In this document: positions 23,001-35,000 of the stretch, one piece after another | Numbering within the stretch: position 1 is the first letter of the stretch | Layout: each line of letters starts with the position of its first letter | Assembly (NCBI RefSeq): GCF_028641065.1 | Contig: NC_073382.1 | Span: 59,210,001 to 59,274,000, forward strand | DNA: 64,000 nt | Direction: 5' to 3' | DNA from: Leucoraja erinacea | Lineage: Eukaryota | Program-made: the position numbers and the translations under genes | Notes under the pieces: generated by a model | What the model was told of the DNA's origin: nothing | The model's database searches: none | The model's input: only the letters and a program-made list of their open reading frames with translations

Positions 23001-26000
23001 GACGTCAGGACCACCAGAAGCCGCTCCCCGATGGGCCGCTACGGCGACAAGTGGCAGTTCGCCCACAGCCCGAGCTGCGCCCTCTCATCGGGACACCGAC
23101 CCCCAGGCCCACTGCAAGCACGGAGATCCCAGATCAGCAACTCCAGCCCAGCCCCGTTCCAACTCCAGAGGAACACGCTCCCCGTATGGGCAGAAGCTGA
23201 TAGTGTGGAAGGTACTACTTGTTCTTGGGGTCGCGCAGCTCGGGCTGTGGGCGAACTGCCACTTGTCGCCGTAGCGGCCCATCGGGGAGCGGATTCCTCT
23301 GGAGTTGGAGGGGGAGGGGGGTATTGTGCTGTTTGATCGCCCCCTGCTATCCCAGGGACAGGGAGACAGGACGTTCACCGAGGGCGGCCCGCAGAGGTGA
23401 CAGCGGAACCTCCGGTCGGTCCTCGAAGAAAGGGGAACTAAATCCCCATTCATAAAAGAGAAGGTGAGAGTATATTGCGCGGGAGGGTTAATAATTGACA
23501 ATCTGCTGCTACCTGCCCGCTGAGTTAAAAAGTTCCCACGGTAGACACGATACACAGTGTATCGTGAGTCTTGCGTGGGAACTTTTAAACTCAGCGTGCA
23601 GGCAGCAGCAGATTGTCGTTCCCTTCAGTTTCACCCCACCTACACCCCTCTGCTTCCCGGCCATGTGTGTGACCCCTTCCCTCCCCTCTCCAGCTCCCCG
23701 CTCATTGCACCGGCGTGGGGGCTTTGTACTGTCTTCACGACGGCGATGGCTGCAGGTCAATGCAGTCACCGGAGACGTCAGGACCAATTGGACGTCGACC
23801 ACCAGGCCCACCGCAAGCACAGAGATCCCAGAGACCCACAGCCAGCAGCAGCCCAGCCCAGCCCCGCTCCAACTTCTTCTGCCGGGATCAAGGCGCAAAC
23901 TCGCGTCCTTGCGGATATGAGCCGAGCACTCTACCACTGAGCCAGCCATTAAAATCTACGCAAAAAAAAATCCATTCCGAAGACCGACAAATTCTGAATT
24001 ACGAAAGGTGTCTGGTCCCAAGGCTTTCGGATAAAAGGTTGTGCACCTGTATTACAAATTAGTTGTTATTGGTGCTATGTATTTACTTTTGCTGGGCCTT
24101 GTCCTTAATTTGTGTCATCTGTGTGCACCGGAATTTATGGGAGGATTTTTAGGTGAAATTTATATCTTAGTGGAACAGCTCCCAAATTGCATTGTGGTAT
24201 TTTGCATATTCTTATGAAAATGCAACAACAATTTGTGGCAGCAATCTAATGAAATTGACATTTCTCTGAATGAGAAACCACGTTATTTTTGTTTATACGA
24301 AATTGTTATTTTCATTGAAATAGTATTTGATGCAATATAGTTTAAGTACATTTCAAGACTTTTAGACATCAGTGCAATCTCAGAACAGTTGCTCTAGTTT
24401 TGGTGTTGTTTGAGTGAATATATCAGTTAACTTTATAGTGCAGTAGGAAGAATAGTACCCAGTGTTGGTTCCTATACATGATCCGTATCCCTCAATTTCC
24501 AGCAGTTCCATGATTCAATCTATAAGCCTCTTTAATGCCACTATCGTATCTGCCTCCACCACCATCCCTGGCAAGCGTTCCAGGCCCCTGCTACTCAGTG
24601 CAAAATAAAACTTGCCCCACATACCTCCATTAAACTTTTCCCCTCTCACGTTATAACTATGCCCTCTAGTGTTGGTCATTTCCACCCTGGGGAAAAGGGT
24701 TCTGTGTCTACCCTATCTATTTCCCTCTCTCATAATTTTATATACTTCCATCAAATCTCCCTTGAAACTGTCCCAGAAAAAATAATCCGTCTGTCCAACC
24801 TCTCCCTGTAGCTGAAATCCTCTAATCCAGCTAAACCTAGTAAACCTCTACACCCTCTCCAAAGTCTTCACATCTTTCCGATAATGGGGTGACAGAACTC
24901 CAAATGTGGCCTAACCACAGTCCTATCATGCTGCACTCTGACTTCCTAACTTATATTCAATACCCCTAGCAATGAAGGCAAGCATATCTTTCACCACCTT
25001 TACCACACTATGCACTTGTGCTGCCACGTTCAGTGAGCTATGAACTTGGACTTCAAGATCTCTGCACAACAGTGCTGTTAAGGATTTTGTCATTAACCCC
25101 TTACATTCATCCTCCCAAAGTGCAGCACCTCACACTTGCTCACGTTAAACTCCATTTGCTATTTTTCTTCCCATTTCTGCAGGTGATCTATATTTTGCCG
25201 TAGCTTCTGACACCATACTTCACTGTCTACAATTCCTCCACTTTTAGTAACGTCAGCAAAATTACTCACCAACCCATCTGCATTTATGTCTGTCATTTAT
25301 TTATATATACTGCAGAGGTCCCAGCACAGACCCCTGTGGAGCTCCACTGGTCACTGAGCTGCAGCCAAAATACCTACCTTCCACCCTAACCCTCTGTCTT
25401 CTATGAATGCCAGTGCTGAATCCATACAACCAAGTCATTGTGAATCCCATACATTTTAATCTTCTGGAATCAAACAGCCATGAGGGTCGTCATCAAAAGC
25501 CATTCAAAAATCCATTTACAGTAAACCCTCGCAATTACGGACGTCTATGTAACGGATTTTGGTCATAGCGGATTGAGGCATCCGTTCGTGGTGGCAGTTG
25601 GTTGGCGTGAAGCACAGCGGAAAGGCAGTAGCGGGAGAGAGCAAGCAGTAAAACACAGCATTGTCGTTGAACATTGCATTGTCATAGAGACTCCGGCCCA
25701 ACTTGCCCAACTAACATGCCCATCTTCATTAGTCCCACCTACCTGCTAACATGTCCTATCCATGTACCTATCTAAATTATTCTTAAACTTTGCGATAGTA
25801 CCTGCCTCAACTGCCTCCTCTGGCAACTCGTTCCATAAACTGAGCACCCTTTACGTGAAAAAGTTACCCATCGATTTCTATTAAATCTATTCTATTCCCC
25901 TACTCTGTGCGCTTGGCACCCAAACTATTCCCCTCATGATTTTGATCTGTAAGATCATTCCTTGTGCTCCAAGGAATAGAATGCTAACCTGCTCAACCTC

Positions 26001-29000
26001 TCTCTATAGTTCAGGCCCTCGAATCCTGGCAACATCCTCGTAAATCTTTTCAGCAGCCCTTCCAGCTTGACAATATAATTTGGCATGGGATTGCAGCAGC
26101 TACCACGAAGCATGGTCCTGGGGTGTTGGATGCAGACGCTTGCACATGTCACTGCATGCCTCGGTGTTCTGGTAACACCGCGAGACTCCCGTTGCACCAC
26201 CTCCCACTTCCGCCAAGTTACGCAATGAGCTAGCACCACGTGGCATGCGGTTGTGGGAGCCGGGCTTGTCCCTGGCGCACCACGTTTGGGGCACGGGGTA
26301 CTGCGGCACCCTGGCCTGTGAATTCCTACTGGTTTAACCCCTCCCCCATCACATTTCTTCCCACCCAGCCTTTGGTTAAACATTAATATTTACCCCTCTC
26401 GGTTTTTGTGGAAAATCGGCAGCAACAAACATCATCCCCTTGCACCCCCCCCCCCCCCCCATGAAAGGGTTTACTTATACAACACCCACTCCCCTACCTT
26501 CAATCTCAATCATCACCTCAGAAAACTCAATCAAGATGTAAGACACGACCTGCCGCATACAAGGCCATTCTGGCTGTCCCTAATTAGCCTGCAGTTCTCA
26601 CAGCAAATTCTGTTAATCAATATGTGATTTGCTTTTTAATGAACCATATATATTGAGGTTTTTGCATTTTTCATTGATGTGATTTGCAGACTTGGCGGCA
26701 CAGTCATCACTATATAGAGAGTATAGTCGGGGACTGAGAATGCATCCATGTGTTGAGAATTAGTTTTCATCCTCAATTTCTTTTCCATTGTGAGTACTAG
26801 CCATCAGATTTATAGATCTTAGTTTGTAACTTGCCATGGTGAGATTTGAAAATTATCTTTGCATTTTTTAGTTAAACGCTGTAACTTCGTTACTCCATGT
26901 TTTTTCTGGCCTGTTTTTTCACCACCACAGTTCCTCAAACTTGTGCTTAGTCCTTGTCGAGAGACAGAGGGCCAATCTAATTAGCTCTCTACATCCTGGA
27001 ATCCAGTGACAGGGCCTTGGCAGGACTGTAAGACATTCAGAAATCAAAAATTATTTAAACATTTTATAATAGTTAACTTGAAGACCTAGAAACACAAAAT
27101 TAAAAGCAATGTTAAAGAATATATTAAAAAAACACGTCTTTTCCTTTGCCTTGTAATTCCCTTTGAAATCAAAGGGATTTTGATTTCTTCTGCATGACCC
27201 TGGAGAACCCCAGTAAGATTGTGCTCTGCTGCTCTCCAACTGAGTGTGAGTAAATGATTGACTTCCATGTTTGACCTCATGTCTGTGGAAATCCTGGATT
27301 ACCATAGTTTAAACAACAACATTTTGGTCTAGTTCTGAACTACCCCATTAATATTTTTGACTGTTTTGCAAAATATCTGGAATTATGATAATCAGTGTGT
27401 TCATTTTAGAGGCTATAAGAGTGAGTATCTTTTGGAATTGTAAATCAACATCATTCCACCAAACCAGTTCATTCTGGAAAGGGAGGGGGCGCTGTCCTGT
27501 GCATGGCTGCCCAGCCAGCAGCCGTCCGTCTTTACATCTCTTATTTTTATTTTTAGTTAGTTAAAGTATTTTTGTTCTGGAGGTCTAGACTTTTTTATGT
27601 GGGGGGAGGGGGGGGGGGAAGGGGGAAACTATCTTTCAGGGTCCCTACCTGCAGCTTTTCTCCGGGCTGCAGTTTCGACCCGTCCTCGCGGCCTACCAGC
27701 GGGCCTGGAGTGGTGTTTCCTGTCGGGGACCGCCCAGAACCTCGGCTTCGGTGGCGGCACAGCGCTGGAGCGCTATCGTGGAGCGGAGCGGGCGATGCCT
27801 TGCCTGGGTCGCCGCGCTGGAGCTCCGGTGAGCTGAAGACCGCCGAGATAAACATCGCGGAGCTGCGGGTCTTTGGAGCGGCCAGCTGCGGGCGGCGGCG
27901 TTGAACTTAAACATTGGGAGCCTGGGATCTCTCGATGAGATCGCCAGTGGTGGAGCTCCAACCGGCGCGGCCTTGTTGGCTTCGGAAGCCGCGGTCTCCG
28001 GTGAGGGAAGCGGCCGTTCCAGGGTTCCCATGCCGCTGAGAGGATTCTCCCGACGCCGGAGTACAATCATCCGGCGAGAACGGCCTGGAACATTGGGCCC
28101 CTTTAAAGGCAACTGTGGAGGCCTCAATAAGCCCGACTATGGGTGGACATGGGATGGGGACTGGACACTGTGCCTTCCCTCATAATGGGAACCATTGTGG
28201 GGGGATGTTTTTATGTTTAAATGTCTTTATTATTGTTATGTCTGTATTCTTTCTTTATGTGCTGCATGGCAAGAAGCATTTCACTACACCTAGGTGTATG
28301 TGACCAATAAAATAACCTTTGAACCTTTGTCCCTTGTTATTCTTAAGTTTGTTCTTAATTTTATTTTAACCTTTATTTCTAATACATTGACCAAATTTGC
28401 CAAACAACAGAAGTTCTTGAAAGTTCATTTTAATCTAATTATCAGGTGGGGCTCAAATTTTGGGTTGTGAAATAGTTTATAATGAGCCTTATCAAATGTA
28501 CATTTATTCAGCACGCATACAGTGTGCTTAATGTTCGTCATGTCCTTGGTGCTGTTGTCAATTGACCAGTTCCTCACTCAGTGAGCTGTATCCTTCTATA
28601 TGCTTCAGACCTGTACGACTTGCAGCAGGCTCCTCCACGCACTGGAAAAATACTACTATTCCTGTCTCCCCAAAATATCCTTCGTTCACTCAAGGATAAG
28701 TAAAACAATGGCCGCATTCTCTTTCAGGCCACATCCGCAGCATTGGGACCTTAGTTGTTCTCAATTAGCTATAACACCACATCATTTCCTTTTGAACTGC
28801 ATTTCGTTGTCTCTGTACTGTACACTGACAATGACAATTAAAGTTGAATCTGAATTTGAATCATTTGCATGTCTGACACCATACTCCCAAAACAGGCGCT
28901 CTATTTTGAGCTCTGTTGTGGGTATAGATTATCAGGCAGACAGCAAACAACGAAGAAATGCAACATCCACGCTAACTCCTGGAAACCTCTGGCCCATGAC

Positions 29001-32000
29001 TGCTCCAAGTGATCAAAGAGCTTTCAAAAGACATTGAAAACCTCAAATGCATGCATTGAGAGCAGAGAAAAACCCTGTGTTATCAAACGTGGAAGTCCAG
29101 TGGTAGGAACGCACCATATTACGCACCGTCCTCCCAATCACCAATGCAGCCACTGCCTGTCCCATCTGTGGAAGTATCCGTGGTTCTCCCATTGGCCTCA
29201 TTAACAACCTCAGCACTCAAACAATGGAGTGGAAGCAAGTCATCCTCAATCCTGAGGATCTTCCCAAGAAGAAAATAAGTTAATCATTTCAGGCGTCCCA
29301 ACAATAATCTTCAATGATTGGTGGAAAAAGAAACTTGATAACATTAGAGTTGCAAGTAAATGTAAAAAAACTACTATACAAATCAAGATCAATCAGTTCA
29401 TATATAATTAATATAACCAATGGAGTTCTGGTTTTGCATGTTATTATTTCCTTCTCAAAGATCTGCTGTAAATCCTCAGGTGCAGTGTGTTCAATTAAGC
29501 TATTAGAACAAAAACAAGTGGTATTTTGGAAGCAACTTATCCTATTAATCTTGCATCGTGCCGGTACAATGACTGGAATTTGCATCTTGATCACCACTTA
29601 TATACTATGTCTGTTTAGAAATATACAATAATATGCATAATATACGATCTCCCTTTTGAATTTTCTTTTGATACTGATACTGATTTATTAATAAAATTAA
29701 AATCTGAGATTTGTTCCTCAGCTTTGTTCCTCTAAGCAGTCTCAATGACATATTTGAATTCCTGATTCTAAAGATATTTTCTATCATATTTGTATTTTCT
29801 GTATCAACCATTGATGTCACAGAATTCAAAATGAACTTAAATCCATCTGAAACTTCGTTAGAACTCTAGCATTCTTCCCATCTTTCATATTTATGTAATG
29901 TATTTATGAACTATATATTCTGCAGTGTTTTGTACAGATGTTGTAAAATCGTTACCTGCTCTTTTAATGTTTTTTTTTAACTATTTCCAAAGATTTCAAG
30001 GTTCATAGTAATAAAATCAATTTTTGAAAATGATTATTTATTTTGATATTTTTCTTGTATTTGCCTTAATCAAGTTTTGATAATACTCCTTTTTGAGAGC
30101 TCTTGATATATCTACATAACTTTACCACCAGCACAAGAACACATATTAATGAGGTGTATCAATGTTACTGGGCTTCTAAGAATTATATGCTAAATTATCT
30201 GTTTTTTGTTGTTGTTTACCTTTGCAGTATAAAAGCTGGGTGCCTCCTTTCTTACATTCCTTATCAACTGTACACCAAGCAGTCAAGTGTCCAAAAAGGA
30301 TTAAACTTCACTGTGAACAAACCTGAAGAACCTACACCAGGACCGAGCAATATTTACAAACTTCATAGAAATGTGTGAGTAATTTCACCATTTTAGAATC
30401 TTGATGTAACATCTCACTCCTTAACCTGTAATTTTTTGGGTCTTGACGGACATGAAAGCTGAAGTTGTTTTGGTTGAGCAGAAAATTGATAATGTTGATT
30501 AATGGTTTATCAAAAAGATCGGTGCTGCATCTAGGTTGGAATTCCAGTTGCAATATCACATTAACAGAGGAAAAACCTAGGTTGCAATTTCCTGCGCTTA
30601 ATGAGTTATTTCATCCAGTCCTCAATCTAAACATAGAAACATAGAAATTAGGTGCAGGAGTAGGCCATTCGGCCCTTCGAGCCTGCACCGCCATTCAATA
30701 TGATCATGGCTGATCATCCAACTCAGTATCCCGTACTGAGTTGGATGATCTACTGGCTTCATTGAAATAATTGGATCCGTTATATAAAAAGTATGTGATC
30801 TGCAAATTTAATTGGCTGGTGCCATAAGTATGGATCAAGAGTTAGTTCTAATTTATTTTATTAGTTACTAATAATCTTCTATGTGTTTGTAATTATCCTT
30901 CATCCTCTCAATGTTCAGCAACTGTTGACTACACCATCCTCCTCCCAACAACCTCTCCACTGTCGTCCAACTGCGTGATATTGCACTCACCTGGTCCATG
31001 CTCAACCTGTCCAGTTACAGAAAGAGAATCTAGGAACAGTAACTATCACATTTATGCATTTTTTTGCAAAATTATGAAAAATACTATTTCTTGTGTTTTT
31101 TTTAGAAAAAGTATAAACAACAACCAAGAGAACGTGAAACAAAAGGGAAAAGGAAACCAGACCAACAGTGGAATGAATGGATGGGACAAAAATAATGATG
31201 ATTTTGAACTAATGGAATTGGAGCCTGCTTTTCCTCACCTAAATCACAATGGAGTTCATAGTTGTAGAGACCATATCGCTGTTAATTACACCAACGAGCC
31301 CAATTCTAATAGTGCCTTAAAAACACAAGATTATTTAAAACTTTTCAGTGAAACTTTGTGGGGAAAGGAACCTGGAACCCTTGAAGTATTGGCAGAAGCT
31401 AATGATGACCGTGAAACAGATTTCAAAAACTGTGAAGAGCAGTTGGCAGAAGGCAATTCCTTTCTGACTGACTGCACAAGGACTCCTTCCGGTTCTTCTT
31501 TAAATGAATGCTTCAAAATAAATGGGATTAGGCAATCTGCAATTCGGGAGATTTCAAGAATGAAAAGCAATGCAGAGCCTTCGCCTACTAAAGGATCTTC
31601 CCACGGGTCATCTAAACCTGCGGACCCAAGTTTTATATCTGAGTTTTATGCCCATTCAAGACTGCATCACATAGCAATGTGGAAGTGTGAGTTTACAGAA
31701 TATGTGAACAGACTTCAAAAACAAAATAATGGGGTTTACCCTGGCAGAGAGAAACTAAAGAGAATTAATATGGAAAAGATTCTGAGAAATCCTAGTGGCT
31801 CCAACCATTTGGGTAAGATTCTGCTTACTGGTTTTATATTTTGGGGATTTGCACCTTGTTCTTCATTTGCTTGAATTTCCCTTTCTGAGAGATTTGTATT
31901 TCAAAAGTGAGGTCCCTGTAAATGGGGACCATTTAGTTGTCCCCATTAAGCTATATAGGCTATAACTGTGCAACTAGTTAGAAAAGCTTAAGATACATGC

Positions 32001-35000
32001 CTACTCTCTTACCGGGAAATTTGACACAATATTAGGCCTGGAAATGTTTGTACTTATGACAGGTGCGGAGTACAATTTACCCACCAACAACCTGTGTAGG
32101 AATTCGGCAGACTAAGCAGCATCTGCGCCACCTGATCTTTCCACCAGATTGGTGAGGCTCTAGATATGCTGATAGTGGGCCACATTTCTATGAAACACAT
32201 GAACATGAAGGATCAAGAGGCAGATGGTACGATTAAGCTTCAACCTAGGGGTAGGTTGAAAACAAAGGTGACTGTATGGGAAGAATTGTTAGCCCGGGTA
32301 ATTTTTAAAAAATGTATGAATCAGTTATTGTTCAGCTATTATTAGTGGCTAAAGGGAATTGTGGTGTCTTTGATTTATGTTTATTCACTGTAGGTCAGAA
32401 ACCCTGCCATCTCCATATTCAGATAAATATAGTTGAGAAACTTGCTTTGTATATGCTCTTTGAGCAGTCTTTAAAAATCCATGTGTTGGTCCCATCAGGC
32501 AAGATGTACAGAAGTGTGAAAACGCATGCCTCCAGATACAGTGACAGTTTCTTCCCAGCTGTTATCAGGCAACCACACCATCCTACCAACAACTGGAGAG
32601 TAGTCCTGAGCTACTATCTACCACACTCAGGGACCTCAAATTATCTTTAATTTGACTTTACTGAACTTTATTTTGCACTATATGTTATTCTATTTGTCAT
32701 GTATCTACACTGTGAACACCTCGAATGAAATTATGTGTAGTCTTTTAGCTGACTGGTTAGCGTGCAACGAAAAGTATGTTAAAGAAATNNNNNNNNNNNN
32801 NNNNNNNNNNNNNNNNNNNNNNNNNNNNNNNNNNNNNNNNNNNNNNNNNNNNNNNNNNNNNNNNNNNNNNNNNNNNNNNNNNNNNNNNNNNNNNNNNNNN
32901 NNNNNNNNNNNNNNNNNNNNNNNNNNNNNNNNNNNNNNNNNNNNNNNGAAACAGGTGCAGGCCCTTTGAGCCAATATAATCATGGCTGGTCATCCTAAAT
33001 CAGTACCCCGTTCCTGCTTTCTTCCCATATCCCTTGTTTCCTTTAGCCCTAGGAGCTATATCTAACTCTCTCTTGAAAACATCCAGTGAATTGGCTTCCA
33101 CTTGCTTCTGTGGCAGAGAATTCCATAGATTCACAACTCTCTGGGTGAAAAGTTTTTCCTCATCTCAGTCCTAAATGGCCTACCCCTTATTCGTACACTG
33201 TGACCCCTGATTCTGGACTCCCGCAACATTGGGAACATTTTTACTGCAGCTAGCCTGTCCAATCCCATAAGAATTTTATATGATTCTATAAGATATCCTC
33301 TCATCCTTCTAAATCCCAGTGAATATAAGCCCAGTTTATCCATTCTTTCATCATATATTGGTTCCACCATCCCGGAAATTAACCTTGTGAACCTACGATC
33401 CACTCCCTCAATAACAAGAATATCCTTCCTCAAATTAGGTGACCAAAACTGCACACAATACTCCAGGTGTGTTCTCACCCAGGGCCCTGTACAACTGCAA
33501 TAGGACCTCCTTGTTCCTATATGCAAATCCCCTCGTAATGAAGGTCAACATGCCATTAGCTTTCTTCGCTGCCTACTGTACCTGCATGCTTACTTTCAGT
33601 GACTGATGTGCAAGGGCACCCAAGTCTTGTTGCACCTCCCCTATTCCTAATCTGACACCATTCAGATAATAATTCTTGTTTTTATGTTAAATGCGTAGGT
33701 AGTCATTTAGTACCTGAGCTCTTGCTATTTACTGTTTTTCTCCACAGGCACTGCGGATTTGCCCAGACATAAGAGCTGCATAATGCACATCGACATGGAC
33801 TGTTTCTTTGTATCAGTGGGCATTCGTGATCACCCAGAACTGAAGGGTTTGTAAATGTTAAATTCTATTTTTATCAATTCTTCAACCAACAAGATACAAG
33901 TTTAAAGTTGTGACTTTAAACTTAAGCATGAGGATGCAAACTGATTACAGCGTTGTATAGGAATTTCAAGAACATATAAATGGGCTGAACAAAATAATTG
34001 TTTGAATGATTGGGCTGAAAGTTAAGAGTCAAGTTGTGAGTTTCTGCAAAGGTGAAATTTTATTTGTAATGTTCAATGGGACCAGGAATCACCCTCAAAT
34101 GGATAGAAGTTGAGAACCTGTATGATCAAATCATATATTTGAAAAAAATGAATAAATGTCTTTGGAGGTTTAGTGGTGAATTGTGAGGAAGCTATGAAGT
34201 GTGGGGATGAAATTCAAAACAATAGAGGTAAGGTTTAGTTTAGAGATACAGCACGGAAACAGGCCTTTCTTCCCACTGAGTCCACGCCGACTAGCGATCA
34301 ACCCATACACTAGCACTACCTTACATGCTAGGGACAATTTACAATCTTTACCAAAGCCAATTAACCTACAAACGTCTGGAGTGTGGGAGGAATCCGGAGC
34401 ACCCCGGGGAAAAATAACATGGTCACGGGGAGAACGTACAAACTCGGTACAGATAGCACCCGTAGTCAGGATCGAACCCTGGTCTCTAGCGCTGCAAGCA
34501 ATTCTACTGTTGCACCACTGTGCCACCCCTACATTGAGTCTGCTCTGCCACTCAATCATGGCTGATCTATTTTCCCTCCCATCCCCATTCTCCTGTAACC
34601 TTTGACGCCCTTACTAATCAAGAACCTATCAATCTCCACTTTAAAAATACTCAACGACTTAGCCAGCACCTCCGTCTGTGACAATAAATTCTACAGAATC
34701 ACTATCCTCTGACTAAAGAAATTCCTCCTCATCACTATTCTGCAGGTGCATCCTTTTATTCTGAGGCTGTTCCCTCTAGTCCTGGACTCTCCCATACTGG
34801 AACCATCCTCTTCACATCCACTCTATCTAGGCCTTTCATTATTTGGTAGGTTTCTCGGAGAACTCCCCTTCATCCTTTTAAACTTCAGCTCAGAGCCTTC
34901 AAACGCTCCTCATATGTTAAGACCATCAAGAAAGGATAATGGTTAAGCAGAATCTGTGGTGTATTGTTGCTGGAAGCTGGGGACAGAAACAAACATCTTG

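Noticed and set aside
19267-23949. Many overlapping 100-212 aa ORFs inside MITE copies B and C
   Set aside because: GC-rich non-coding modules; the frames are not preserved between duplicated modules and there are no transposase motifs.
30975-31105. N-terminal extension of the 299-aa ORF as coding sequence
   Set aside because: Intronic read-through upstream of the exon 6 acceptor at 31105; the spliced phase from exon 5 fits 31106.
32789-32947. Missing REV1 exon hidden in the N gap
   Set aside because: Exons 6 and 7 join in frame (phase 1) with the expected sequence continuity, and both gap flanks are TE tails.
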